This document shows, piece by piece, positions 24,178 through 36,396 of a DNA stretch of 42,661 nucleotides. Under the pieces are notes generated by a model that made no database searches, was not told the origin of the DNA, and saw only the letters and a program-made list of their open reading frames with translations. Position 1 is the first letter of the stretch, and each line of letters begins with the position of its first letter. The stretch covers positions 1,240,001-1,282,661 of the forward strand of contig JAWMAR010000508.1 of NCBI GenBank assembly GCA_036785375.1. The letters run 5' to 3'. This DNA comes from Leucoraja ocellata. Lineage: Eukaryota. Made by a program: the position numbers and the translations under genes.

Positions 24178-24990
24178 TCAGATTCAGATTCAGATTCAAT
24201 TTTAATTGTCATTGTCAGTGTACAGTACAGAGACAACGAAATGCATTTAGCATCTCCCTGGAAGAGCGACATAGCAAACGATTTGAATAAATAATAATAA
24301 GTGTCCGGGGGGGGTGGTGATTGGCAGTCACCGAGGTACGTTGTTGAGTAGAGTGACAGCCGCCGGAAAGAAGCTGTTCCTCGACCTGCTGGTTCGGCAA
24401 CGGAGAGACCTGTAGCGCCTCCCGGATGGTAGGAGGGTAAACAGCCCATGGTTGGGGTGAGAGCAGTCCTTGGCGATGCTGAGCGCCCTCCGCAGACAGC
24501 GCTTGCTTTGGACAGACTCAATGGAGGGGAGTGAGGAACCGGTGATGCGTTGGGCAATTTTCACCGCCCTCTGGAATGCCTTCCGGTCGGAGACAGAGCA
24601 GTTGCCATACCATACTGTGATGCAGTTGGTAAGGATGCTCTCGATGGTGCAGCGGTAGAAGTTCACCAGCATCTGAGGAGACAGGTGGACCTTCTTCAGT
24701 CTCCTCAGGAAGAAGAGACGCTGGTGAGCCTTCTTGATCAGAGTTGAGGTATTGTGGGTCCAAGAGAGGTCATCGGAGATGTTGACTCCCAGGAACCTGA
24801 AGCTAGAAACACGTTCCACCTCCGTCCCGTTAATGTGGATGGGGGTGTGCGTGCCGCCTCTGGACTTCCTGAAGTCTACAATGAGCTCCTTGGTCTTCTT
24901 GGAGTTAAGGGCCAGGTTGTTGTCAGCGCACCATGCTGCTAAGTACTGGACCTCCTCCCTGTAGGCCAGCTCATCGTTGTTGCTGATGAG
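24178..24990 (-). mobile_element. Rex1/Babar-type LINE, (ATCTGA)n tail
   Basis: ORF 24328-25005 with GLISNNDE..KTKELIVDFR..FRFLGVNI. Confidence 0.9.
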
Positions 24991-25554
24991 GCCATTCATC
25001 AGCATCTCAGTCCTAAATGGCCGACCCCTTATTCTTAAATTGTGTGTGACCCCTGGTTCTGGACTCCGCCAACATCAGGAATATTTTTCCTGCATCTAGC
25101 TTGTCCAATCCCTTCAGAATTTTATATATTTGTATAAGATGCCCTCTCATCCTTCTAAATTCCAGTGAATACAAGCCCAGTTGACCCATTCTTTCATCAT
25201 ATGTCAGTCCCGCCATCCCGGGAATTAACCTGGTAAAAATGTGTAGGTTAGAACTGCAGATGCTGGTTTAAATTGAAGGTAGGCACAAAATGCTGGAGTA
25301 ATTCAGCGGGACAGGCTGCATCTCTGGAGAGAAGGAATGGGTGATGTTTCGGGGCGAGACCCTTCTTCAGAGCTGGTGAACCTACTTTGCACTCCCTCAA
25401 TAGCAAGAAAACTAAACTAACTCTCCAGAGATGCTGCCTGTCCTGCTGAGTTACTCCGGCACTTTGTGTCTATCTTCAGTGTAAACCAGCATCTGCAGTT
25501 ACCTTAATACACAAAGTATTTCAGTGATCAGACTCTGTACAAATTCACAATTCA

Positions 25555-26217
25555 ATAACCATATAACCATATAACCATATAACAATTACAGCACGGAAAC
25601 AGGCCATCTCGACCCTTCTAGTCCGTGCCGAACACATAATCTCCCCTAGTCCCATATACCTGCGCTCAGACCATAACCCTCCATTCCCTTCCCGTCCATA
25701 TAACTATCCAATTCATTTTTAAATGATAAAAACGAACCTGCCTCCACCACCTTCACTGGAAGCTCATTCCACACAGCTACCACTCTCTGAGTAAAGAAGT
25801 TCCCCCTCATGTTACCCCTAAACTTCAGTCCCTTAATTCTCAAGTCATGTCCCCTTGTTTGAATCTTCCCTACTCTCAGTGGGAAAAGCTTTTCCACGTC
25901 AACTCTGTCTATCCCTCTTATCATTTTAAAGACCTCTATCAAGTCCCCCCTTAACCTTCTGCGCTCCAAAGAATAAAGCCCTAACTTGTTCAAACTTTCT
26001 CTGTAACTTAGTTGCTGAAACCCAGGCAACATTCTGGTAAATCTCCTCTGTACTCTCTCTATTTTGTTGACATCCTTCCTATAATTAGGCGACCAAAATT
26101 GTACACCATACTCCAGAATTGGCCTCACCAATGCCTTGTACAATTTTAACATTACATCCCAAACTCAATGCTCTGATTTATAAAGGCCAGCACACCAAAA
26201 GCTTTCTTTACCACCCT
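25555..26217 (-). mobile_element. CR1 family B variant
   Basis: ORF 25646-26152. Confidence 0.9.
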
Positions 26218-26251
26218 AATAAACTGGTTATTGACTGACAGAATTACATAC

Positions 26252-26335
26252 CTGGTTCTGTCCGCTACTAGCCTCTGGAATATCGACGGACAAACTCTTG
26301 TCCTCAGCTGCCGTCACTGTGTGGAGAACACAAAT
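26252..26335 (-). other. Probable non-coding first exon of gene A (5' boundary uncertain)
   Basis: Unique sequence island ending in a strong donor CAG|GTATG (26250-26251), with no ATG, directly downstream of ISRE/ETS-like motifs. The leader exon has an acceptor, so an upstream exon is expected. Confidence 0.55.
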
Positions 26336-26360
26336 GTGTAGAGGGGACAATTTACATCAA

Positions 26361-26384
26361 GAAACGGAAATAAAATAAGGAAGT
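26361..26384 (-). promoter_or_regulatory. Putative promoter: ISRE-like GAAACGGAAA and ETS/PU.1-like AGGAAGT
   Basis: GAAANNGAAA at 26361-26370 and AGGAAGT at 26378-26384 (plus-strand reading), just upstream of the putative exon 1. Confidence 0.45.
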
Positions 26385-26685
26385 ATTCTATTATCGGCAA
26401 ATAGTTAACCCCTTTCATCCCTGATGGGGCATGACTGATTTAGTGGAGGGAGTGCTGTAATGTGGGATGAGTCCCTCACTATCTCTGCAAACCTACTCTG
26501 GCTCTGAAACTATTCCTGGTCTCTGTAACCCCCTCTCCACCGGCCACTACTCCCCTCCCTGTCAAATTGGAGGTATTGAATCTAGCGAGTGTGACAGTCT
26601 CCTGTTCTACAATGCTCATTTGAACAAGACTGCACTGATTCAAGAATTGTGTGGGAAAGAACTGTAGATACTGGTTTAAAGTGAA

Positions 26686-27460
26686 GTGCAGCAGGCAGTG
26701 AAGAAAGCGAATGGTATGTTAGCTTTCAAAGCAAAAGGATTTGAGTATAAGAGCAGGGAGGTTCTACTGCAGTTCCACAGGGTCTTGGTGAGACCACACC
26801 TGGAGTATTGCGTACAGTTTTGGTCTCCAAATCTGAGGAAGGACATTATTGCCATAGAGGGAGTGCAGAGAAGGTTCACCAGACTGATTCCTGGGATGTC
26901 AGGACTGTCTTATGAAGAAAGACTGGATAGACTTGGTTTATACTCTCTAGAATTTAGGAGATTGAGAGGGGATCTTATAGAAACTTACAAAATTCTTAAG
27001 GGGTTGGACAGGCTAGATGCAGGAAGATTGTTCCCGATCCAAGGCCAAAAAAACTTATATCTCCACTGCACTCCCCCCCCCCCCTCCCCCCGATGTCAGA
27101 GTCAAAGTCAAAGCCCCCGGCTGGCGATGGTGATTGTCCCGCGGCCATTAAAGCCACGCCGGGTGGTGCGATGTCGCACACCGGGTCTTGGTGTTGGAGC
27201 CACCGGCGTGCGCTCGCAGAGTCCCCGGTCTTCCTGTTGGAGGCCGCTCCTCGTTGCAGCCCCAACGACAACGGAGACCCGACAAAGAACAGGTCGGGTC
27301 TCCCGTGCAGGGAGAGATTTAAAAGTTACCCCCTCCCTCCCACCCCCCCCCCCCCCCCACACACACACACCCCAACAAAAAATAACAAAAACTACATAAA
27401 AACATAGACAAAAAATAATAAAAACGCGGACAGGCTGCAGAGGCCGCTGCTGACGAGAGT
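26686..27460. mobile_element. CR1-A fragment (+, to 27038) fused to an internally deleted GC-rich retroposon (-)
   Basis: CR1 RT motifs, then the reverse complement of parts of element 36596-37436. Confidence 0.8.
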
Positions 27461-28300
27461 CGTGCCACCTACCACCTTCAAGTAACTTCAAGTAACCCCT
27501 GCGTTTCCCCTCTCTCCATCCCTCCCCCACCCAAGTTGCACCAGCTTCTCGTTCTCACATAGTAAATCGCTAACAACGGCCAGCTTCCTTTACCATTGTT
27601 ATTTATTTTGCATCTTTCATTCATTTCTTCTATATATACATCACCGTCCATATCTCTAATTTCCCTCTCCCCTGACTCTCAGTCTGAAATGTCACCCTCG
27701 ACACGAAATCCTCCTCTCTAGAGATACTGCTCATCCCGTTGAGTTACTCCAGCCATTTGTGTCTAACCACCCCCAGATCCGCCGAGTTCCCCCAGCATTT
27801 GTTTGTTCGATGAATAATAATAATAATAATAATAATAACTTTATTTATAAAGCGCTTTTAGACAACACCAGTTACCACAAAGTGCTGTACATGGGAAGTT
27901 AACAAAAAGTTATTACAAACTACTAAAACCATTAAGACGACAGGACTATAAAAGCAGTAAAAATTAAAAAGACATTAAAAGCATTAAAGGGAGTGTTATT
28001 AAATTAAATTAAATTACATTAAATTAAAAATTAAAATACATTAAAAGCATTAAAGGGAGTGTTATGCACCCTCAGCTTTGGGGAACTCTGTGATACATTT
28101 CCCATAATTCTGTGAAAGAACATTTTCATTTTTAGCACTAGATTTCCTGTCACAACTTCTGTCTATTTCCTCATATATCAAGAGGTCGTTGGGCCTCTCG
28201 AGTTTCTGCCACTTGATAAGTTATAATGATAATGCTAATATAGAGAGCATCTCAATGCGAGCATATATTTCGATAGGGCTGTTATACACAAACAGGGATA

Positions 28301-28945
28301 TTCATAGCAAAAGGATTTGAGTATAGGAGCAGGGAGGTTCTACTGCAGTTGTACAGGGTCTTGGTGAGACCACACCTGGAGTATTGCATACAGTTTTGGT
28401 CTCCAAATCTGAGGAAGGACATTCTTGCCATAGAGGGAGTACAGAGAAGGTTCACCAGACTGATTCCTGGGATGTCAGGACTGTCTTATGAAGAAAGACT
28501 GGATAGACTTGGTTTATACTCTCTAGAATTTAGGAGACTGAGAGGGGATCTTATAGAAACTTACAAAATTCTTAAGGGGTTGGACAGGCTAGATGCAGGA
28601 AGATTGCTCCCGATGTTAGGGAAGTCCAGGACAAGGGGTCACAGCTTAAGGATAAGGGGGAAATCCTTTAAAACCGAGATGAGAAGAACTTTTTTCACAC
28701 AGAGAGTGGTGAATCTCTGGAACTCTCTGCCACAGGGGGTAGTTGAGGCCAGCTCATTGGCTATATTTAAGAGGGAGTTAGATGTAGCCCTTGTGGCTAA
28801 AGGTATCAGGGGGTATGGATAGAAGGCAGGTGCGGGATACTGAGTTGGATGATCAGCCATGATCATATTGAATGGCGGTGCAGGCTCGAAGGGCCGAATG
28901 GCCTACTCCTGCACCTAATTTCTATGTTTTCTATGTTTCTATGTA
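28301..28945 (+). mobile_element. CR1 family A copy
   Basis: ORF 28349-28822. Confidence 0.9.
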
Positions 28946-29434
28946 TATGGGTAGGACAGGTTTGGAGGGATATGAACCAAACGTGGGCAGGTGGGACTAG
29001 TGTAGCTGGGACATGTTTGCCAGTGTGGGCAAGTTGGGCCGAAGGGCCTGTTTCTACCCTGTATCACTCTATGACTATGACTTTGCATTTCCAATTTTCT
29101 ACCCTCTATTCCCCCAGTCTGAAGAAGGGACTCAATCTGAAATGTTGTTTGTGTAAACACTAGTCCACTCCATCCGCAGATCCGCTGAGTTCCTCCAGCA
29201 CTTTGCTTTCTTGATGAATAAAAGGACTGTTCTGCACCCTCAGCTTTGGGGAACTGTTCGAAACATTTTCCCTTCTGTATAAAGGACATCGTGATTTTTG
29301 CATTAAGTTTCCTGTTCCTACTTCTGTCCACTTCCTTATGAAGTCTCTGCAACTTCATTGTTTCCATGACTCTTACTCATACACTAGGAACAACCTACGG
29401 GGGGAAATTAAGATCAGACGGGGATAGCTGAAAG

Positions 29435-29928
29435 CCGCGGCACTGTAGTGCAGCGTTAGAGTTGCTGCCTCACAGCTCCAGAGACCTTGGTTCGATCCTG
29501 ACTACGGGCGCTGTCTGTACGGAATTTACACGTTCTCCCCGTGACCTGCGTGGGTTTTCTCCGAGATCTTCGGTTTCCTCCCACATTCTAAAGACATAGA
29601 AACATAGAAACATAGAAAATAGGTGCAGGAGTAGGCCATTTGGCCCTTCGAGCCTGCACCGCCATTCAATATGATCATGGCTGATCATCCAACTCAGTAT
29701 CCCGTACCTGCCTTCTCTCCATACCCTCTGATCCCCTTAGCCACAAGGGCCACATCTAACTCCCTCTTAAATATAGCCAATGAACTGTGGCCTCGACTAT
29801 CCTCTGTGGCAGAGAGTTCCAGAGATTCACCACTCTCTGTGTGAAAAAAGTTCATCTCATCTCGGTTTTAAAGGATTTCCCCCTTATCCTTAAGCTGTGA
29901 CCCCTTGTCCTGGACTTGCCCAACATCG
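29435..29928. mobile_element. HE1-like SINE 5' half (+, 29435-29595) interrupted by CR1-A (-)
   Basis: A box GTAGTGCAGCGTTAGAG, B box GGTTCGATCC and V-domain-like core, followed by a CR1 tail. Confidence 0.8.
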
Positions 29929-30369
29929 GATGTTTATGTAAATTATGTTGTGTCTTGGGTCTATTTGTTTGTAATGTATGGCTGCAGAAACGGCATTTTG
30001 TTTGGACCTCAAGGGGTCCAAATGACAATTAAATTGAATCTTGAATCTTGAATCTTGAAGTTAGAGAAATCAATATTCATATCATACCGAGAGGTGGCAG
30101 AGGGAGGCGGTGCAAAAGCATTGACATTAGTGAGCAAGTCCGTCTGACAGAACTAAAATCGCTCATGATATGGTCTGTTATCACGAGGGTTTACGGTCAA
30201 GAGGGTGAATTTAGTTGAAGGAGGGACCACAGATGCTGGCTTAAACCAATGATAGACACAAAAAGCTGGAGTCACTCAATAAGTCAGTTTTATTTAGTTT
30301 AGAGATACAGTGCAGATGCAGCGTGGAAACAGGCCCTTCAGCCCTTCAGCCCAGAAGATGGCCATCGTA

Positions 30370-31365
30370 GCAAAAGGATTTGAGTATAGCATTTTTCATA
30401 GCAAAAGGATTTGAGTATAGGAGCAGGGAGGTTCTACTGTAGTTGTACAGGGTCTTGGTGAGACCACACCTGGAGTATTGTGTACAGTTTTGGCCTTCAT
30501 AACAAGAGTTGATGAGTTTCGGAGCGGGCAGAAGCGTGGCAGATGCAGTTTAATGCGGATAAATGTGAGGATATCCACTTTATGGTGGCAAAAACAGGAA
30601 GGCAGACTATTATGTGAATGATGGGCGATTAGGAAAAGGGGAGATGCAACGAGACCTGGGTGCCATGGTACACCAGTCATTGAAAGTAGGCATGCAGGTG
30701 CAGCAGGCAGTGAAGAAAGCCAATGGTATGTTAGCATTCATAGCAAAAGGATTTGAGTATAGGAGCAGGGAGGTTCTACTGCAGTTGTACAGGTTCTTGG
30801 TGAGACCACACCTGTAGTATTGCGTGCAGTTTTGGTCTCCAAATCTGAGGAAGGACATTATTGCCATGGAGCGAGTGCAGAGAAGGTTCACCAGACTGCT
30901 TCCTGGGATGTCAGGACTGTCTTATGAAGAAAGACTTGGTTTATACTCTCTAGAATTTAGGAGACTGAGAGGGGATCTTATAGAAACTTACAAAATTCTT
31001 AAGGGGTTGGACAGGCTAGATGCAGGATGATTGCTCCCGATGTTAGGGAAGTCCAGGACAAGGGGTCACAGCTTAAGGATAAGGGGGAAATCCTTTAAAA
31101 CCGAGATGACAAGAACTTTTTTCACACAGAGAGTGGTGAATCTCTGGAACTCTCTGCCACAGAGGGTGGTCGAGGCCACAGTTCATTGGCTATATTTAAG
31201 AGGGAGTTAGATGTGGCCCTTGTGGCTAAGGGGATAAGGGGGTATGGAGAGAAGGCAGGTACGGGATACTGAGTTGGATGATCAGCCATGATCATATTGA
31301 ATGGCGGTGCAGGCTCGAAGGGCCGAATGGCCTCTACTCCTGCACCTAATTTCTATGTTTCTATG
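30370..31365 (+). mobile_element. CR1 family A copy with rearranged 5' end
   Basis: RT C-terminal motifs with stop codons. Confidence 0.88.
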
Positions 31366-31788
31366 ATCACCCGTTCACACTGATTTCAGGAAGGTCAGAG
31401 GGGGCAGACATACCCCCCATCCATATAAACGGGACTGAGGTGGAGCGCGTCTCCAACTACAAATTCCTCGGGGTACACATCTTGTTGTGGCAGGATGGTT
31501 CAGTTGCCTGATAACAGCCGGGAAGAAACTCTCCCTGAATCTGGAGGTGTGCGTTTGTTTTCACACTTCTGTGCCTCTTGCCCGATGGGAGAGGAGAGAA
31601 GAGGGAGTGGCCGGGGATGAGACTGGTCCTTGATTTTGCTGCTGGCCTTGCCGGGGCAGCGTGAGGTGTAGATGGAGGCGATGGAAGGGAGGATGGTTCG
31701 TGTGTGATGGTCTGGGATGCTGGCATTGCCGAGGCAGCGTGAGGTGAAGACGGAGTCAATGGAAGGGAGATTGATTATAGAGAGTAAG

Positions 31789-32828
31789 TAGGTATGTTAC
31801 AAAACCTACCTGAATTGTCGCTGAGTATCTGCCCCAGCCCGTGTGCGCGATTCTGGCGCTGTTTAGAGGGGGCGGGTTTAAAACGCGATTTTTACTAGGC
31901 TGTTGCAATCGAAAATGTTCAGCCTAGTAAATCATTAATGGAAAATCGCTGGAAGACCCCGTCGCAAAAGGTATTATTAGTTTTTATGGCCTTGTATAAT
32001 AGTTATAGTAGTTTAAAAATCACTCTCTAAACCCGCAACCTCTCGCAGCCCCAGGGTTTTATAAAGCAAACAATTAAAGGTATGTACCTTATTTTTACAT
32101 TAAAAGGGGCTTCTTAAGAACCCTGTATATAAAGTTTTCTATAGCGAGTAGCTCATTTTGGGCTCTTTATATCCCACAGTATTTTTCTGGGCATTTGAGG
32201 GCACAAATCCAGCGCAATGTGAACGTTCTAAACCAGCGCGTTCACAGGAACCCACTAGAAAGCTGATTTAAATTGACTTTAATTTACAGCAATTGAACAC
32301 TAAATTCCTTCCATTTGGCCTATAAATTGATGTAAATGAGATTTAACAATCATGTTTTATTGTGAATTATTTGTGAATATTATTTGGACACTTAGGATAT
32401 TTAAAAATGTTAATCATTTATTAAGAAATGGATAGGTGTTTAGATCTAGTAATTGTAGTTTGAAATTAGCTACAATTGGGTAACTAACTAATTATATGCT
32501 TTAATTTCAGGTCCTCCAAGTAAGATTATTTTATATTTGTTTCAGAATGGTTCAATCTATGATAACTGAAAATTTCATTCACTTCTCTTAATTTTTAAGA
32601 AGGTTATGGGCTTTTGACTGTCCTCGATCACAGCTTTTTTGTTATGTCCATAGAAAATCAATAGGGAACAAGATGCTAATTTCCGAGTATGAAAATGGCC
32701 ATAACTTTTTTTATTACTTGAGATATGAAAGTGAATTAGGTGTCAAATTAAACTTATTGTTATGCTTTATCTGATGGGATAAATTGCAGACTTGATTTTT
32801 TAAATCTCAAAATTTTGTAACATTGCTA
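31789..32828. mobile_element. Non-autonomous DNA transposon, 16-bp imperfect TIRs, 7-bp TSD GAGTAAG
   Basis: TAGGTATGTTACAAAA at 31789-31804 and TTTTGTAACATTGCTA at 32813-32828 (14/16 match). GAGTAAG at 31782-31788 and 32829-32835. AT-rich, no ORF. Confidence 0.85.
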
Positions 32829-32908
32829 GAGTAAGGAAAGAGAGAGATGGGCAGAGAGAAACGTCAGAGAAAATGGGCAGAGTGGACAGAGAAGGCTTGA
32901 GCAGAGGC

Positions 32909-32965
32909 TCATTTGTAGCTGGGCTTGAGCTCGCTGTACAGATCACGGTCTCCGAGATGCAGCTC
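32909..32965 (-). CDS. DAP12/TYROBP-like terminal exon encoding the C-terminal part of an ITAM
   Basis: Acceptor ttctttccccacAG at 32966-32967. Phase 0 reads ELHLGDRDLYSELKPSYK*, similar to the human DAP12 C-terminus [21 protein letters not shown]. Linkage to gene B is inferred from position and strand only. Confidence 0.7.
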   Translation of the reverse strand, partial: ELHLGDRDLYSELKPSYK

Positions 32966-33489
32966 CTGTGGGGAAAGAAATTCACAGGTTATAGGAGTAG
33001 AATTAGGCCATTCAGCCCATCTAGTCTACTGCGCCATTCAATCATGCCTCCTAATCCTATTTTCCTGCCTTCTCCACATAACCCTTAACACCCATTCTAA
33101 TCAAGAATTTATCTATTTCTGTCTTAAAATTATCCACTGATTTGGCCTCCACAACCCTCTGTGGCAATGAATTCCACTGATTAACGACATTCTGGCTAAA
33201 GAGGTTCATCCTTTCCAAAGAAAGAAATGAAGAAAGACTGGATAGACTTGTTTTATACTCTCTAGGAATTTAGTAAGCCCCGCCTTACCTCTCTGAACTG
33301 CTCCACCCATAAGCTCCTGCCCGGTGCCTCAGGACAGCTGGTCAGCTGCTCCTGGAGGTACCGAGGTCTAAGCGGAAGCTCAGAGGGGATAGAGCCTTCT
33401 CTGTTGCTGCTCCGGCACTCTGGAACACCCTGCCGTTGCACATCAGACAGGCCCCCTCACTGTCCATCTTTAAAACCACCCTAAAAACT

Positions 33490-34050
33490 CCGACAAAGGT
33501 TCACCTGCATCTCCTCCAACCTCGTCTACTGCATCCTCTGCTCTAGGTGTCAGCTGATCTACATCGGGGAGACTAAGCGGAGGTTGGGCGATCGTTTCGC
33601 CGAACACCTCCGCTCACAGTCCGCAATAACCAACCTGAACTCCCGGTGGCTCAGCACTTCAACTCCCCCTCCCATTCCCAATCCGACCTCTCTGTCCTGG
33701 GTCTCCTCCATTGCCAGAGTGAGCAACAGCGGAAATTGGAGGAACAGCACCTCATATTCCGCCTGGGCAGCTTGCGTCCGGATGGCATTAACATTGAATT
33801 CTCCCAATTTTGCTAGCCCTTGCTGTCTCCTCCCCTTCCTTAACCCTCCAGCTGTCTCCTCCCACCCTCCCATCCGCCTGCCCTCGGGCTCCTCCTCCTC
33901 CCCTTTTCCTTCCGTCTCCCCCCCCCTCCCCCCCCCCCCCCCCCCCCCATCAGTCTGAAGAAGGGTTTCGGCCCGAAACGTCGCCTATTTCCTTCGCTCC
34001 ATAGATGCTGCTGCACCCGCTGAGTTTCTCCAGCAATTTTGTGCACCACA
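33490..34050 (+). mobile_element. Penelope-like element, GIY-YIG endonuclease end and pLTR
   Basis: FTCISSNLVYCILCSRCQLIYIGETKRRLGDRFAEHLRS motif. Confidence 0.9.
33951..33985 (+). ncRNA. Minimal type I hammerhead ribozyme-like motif
   Basis: CTGAAGA-(GGG/CCC stem II)-GAAA-CG-TC core within the Penelope repeat. Stem I is weak. Confidence 0.6.
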
Positions 34051-34904
34051 AAAACTCATTTTTATTCTCTGGCTTTCGATACTGTCTGAGACATTGCTCC
34101 TGTTTTTAGTGCTTTTAATGACTTTTAATTTTTACTGTTTTATAGTCCTTTGTTTTACAGTTTTTAATGGTTTGTAATAACTTCTTGTCCATGAGTATAG
34201 AAGCTGGGATGTTGAGTATAGAAGCTGGGATGTAATGTTAAAATTGTACAAGGCATTGGTGAGACCAAATCTGGAGTATGGTGTACAATTTTGGTCGCCC
34301 AATTATAGGAAGGATGTCAACAAAATAGAGAGAGTACAGAGGAGATTTACTAGAATGTTGCCTGGGTTTCAACAACTAAGTTACAGAGATAGGTTGAATA
34401 AGTTAGGTCTTTATTCTCTGGAGCGCAGAAGGTTAAGGGGGGACTTGATAGAGGTCTTTAAAATGATGAGAGGGATAGACAGAGTTGATGTGGACAAGCT
34501 TTTCCCTTTGAGAATAGGGAAGATTCAAACAAGAGGACAATACTTCGGAATTAAGGGACGGAAGTTTTGGGGTAATATGAGGGGGAACTTCTTTACTCAG
34601 AGAGTGGTAGCGGTGTGGAATGAGCTTCCAGTGGAAGTGGTGGAGGCAGGTTAATTGGTATCATTTAAAAATAAATTGGATAGGCATATAGATGAGAAGG
34701 GAATGGAGGGTTATGGTATGAGTGCAGCCAGGTGGGACTAAGGGGAAACAAAGTTGTTCAGCACGGACTTGTAGGGCCGAGATGGCCTGTTTCCGTGCTG
34801 TAATTGTTATATGGTTGTTATATGGTTATGAGTTCTCATGTACAGCACTTTGTGGCAACTGCAGTTGTTTAAAGTGCTTTATAAATAAAGTTATTATTAT
34901 TATA

Positions 34905-36190
34905 TGAAAGTCCTGACATCCCAGGAATCAGTCTGGTGAACCGTCTCTGTACTCCCTCTATGGCAAGAATGTCTTTCCTCAGATTAGGAGACCAAAACTG
35001 TACGCAATACTCCAGGTGTGGTCTCACCAAGACCCTGTACAACTGCAGTAGAACCTCCCTGCTCCTATACTCAAATCCTTTTGCTATGATTCTTTTGCCA
35101 CATCTGCCAAAACGACATAATCTGGGAACAATCTCTGTGCTGTTACCAATACTTCACTCCCATTGTCCCCACTCCACATGGACCAAAACTCCAACCCCAA
35201 TCTATCTCAGTCCACACTCCCATCTGCTCCCCATTCCCTCCCACCATGGAGCAAAACTCTCTCCCACTCCCCACACTGACTATAGACCCAATCACCTCCC
35301 CACTCTCTCCTCATGGACCCAACCCCTTCCCATATGTCACAATAAACTAAAAAGTAACTAAACTCTCCCCCATCCCAGCATCGGGATGTCAGGGCTTTCA
35401 TATGAAGAAACACTGGATAGACTCGGCTTGTACACGCTAGAATTTATATATTTATAAGATTGAGGGGGGATCTTATAGAAACTTACAACATTCTTAAGGG
35501 GTTGGACAGGCTAGATGCAGGAAGATTGTTCCCGATGTTGGGGAAGTCCAGAACAAGGGGCCACACAGTTTAAGGATAAGGGGGAAATCTTTTAGGACGG
35601 AGATGAGAAAAACATTTTTCACACACAGAGAGTGGTGAAGCTGTGGAATTCTCTGCCACAGAAGGTAGTTGAGGCCACAGTTCATTGGCTATATTTAAGA
35701 GGGAGTTAGATGTGGCCCTTGTGGCTAAAGGTATCAGGGGGTATGGAGAGAAAGCAGGTACAGGATACTGAGTTGGATGATCAGCCGTGATCATATTGAA
35801 TGGTGAATGGTGCAGGCTCGAAGGGCCCAATGGCCTACTCCTGCACCTATTGTCTATGTTTCTATGTCTATGGATGAGATATAAACCATATAACCATATA
35901 TAACAATTACAGCACGGAAACAGGCCATCTCGGCCCTACAAGTCCGTGCCGAACAACTTTTTTTCCCCTTAGTCCCACCTGCCTGCACTCATACCATAAC
36001 CCTCCATTCCCTTCTCATCCATATGCCTATCCAATTTATTTTTAAATGATACCAACGAACCTGCCTCCACCACTTCCACTGGAAGCTCATTCCACACCAC
36101 TACCACTCTCTGAGTAAAGAGCTCATTCCACACCGCTACCACTCTCTGAGTAAAGAGCTCATTCCACACCGCGACCACTCTCTGAGTAAA
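34905..36190. mobile_element. CR1-A fragments (34905-35090 -, 35383-35870 +) and CR1-B 3' end (35882-36190 -)
   Basis: Identity to the other copies in the window. Confidence 0.85.
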
Positions 36191-36396
36191 CATCAGGTCC
36201 AGGATACTTGGGCAATCTGCCCTGCCCCTCTCCCAGACACAGTGGTAGCGGTGGGGAGCGGGGAGGGGGTGGAGAGGGGGTTATGATTGGAGAGGGCCCT
36301 GATTTTAGGCTGATGCAGTGTGTACCTCCCCTCTTTCTCGTTCTGGTGAGTAAATGGCAGTGAAGACATTCGGACAGTTTCCAGATCATCCCGCAC

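Larger units (their letters stand above)
33275..34903 (+). mobile_element. L2-type LINE 3' end with nested Penelope (33490-34050) and CR1-B (34192-34829)
   Basis: APPYLSELL..GDRAFSVAAPALWNTLP..IR L2 motif. AAAACTC recurs either side of the Penelope insert. (TTA)n tail. Confidence 0.8.

Noticed and set aside
29435-29505. tRNA gene
   Set aside because: The A/B boxes run directly into SINE core sequence, so this is a tRNA-derived SINE head.
31950-31963. TGGAAGACCCCGT in the DNA transposon matching the 21-bp minisatellite unit
   Set aside because: A single 13-nt match without flanking homology; probably chance.
35090-35380. Unique segment searched as the missing exon with the first ITAM tyrosine
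   Set aside because: No convincing acceptor/donor pair ending in Tyr-X at phase 0 was found.
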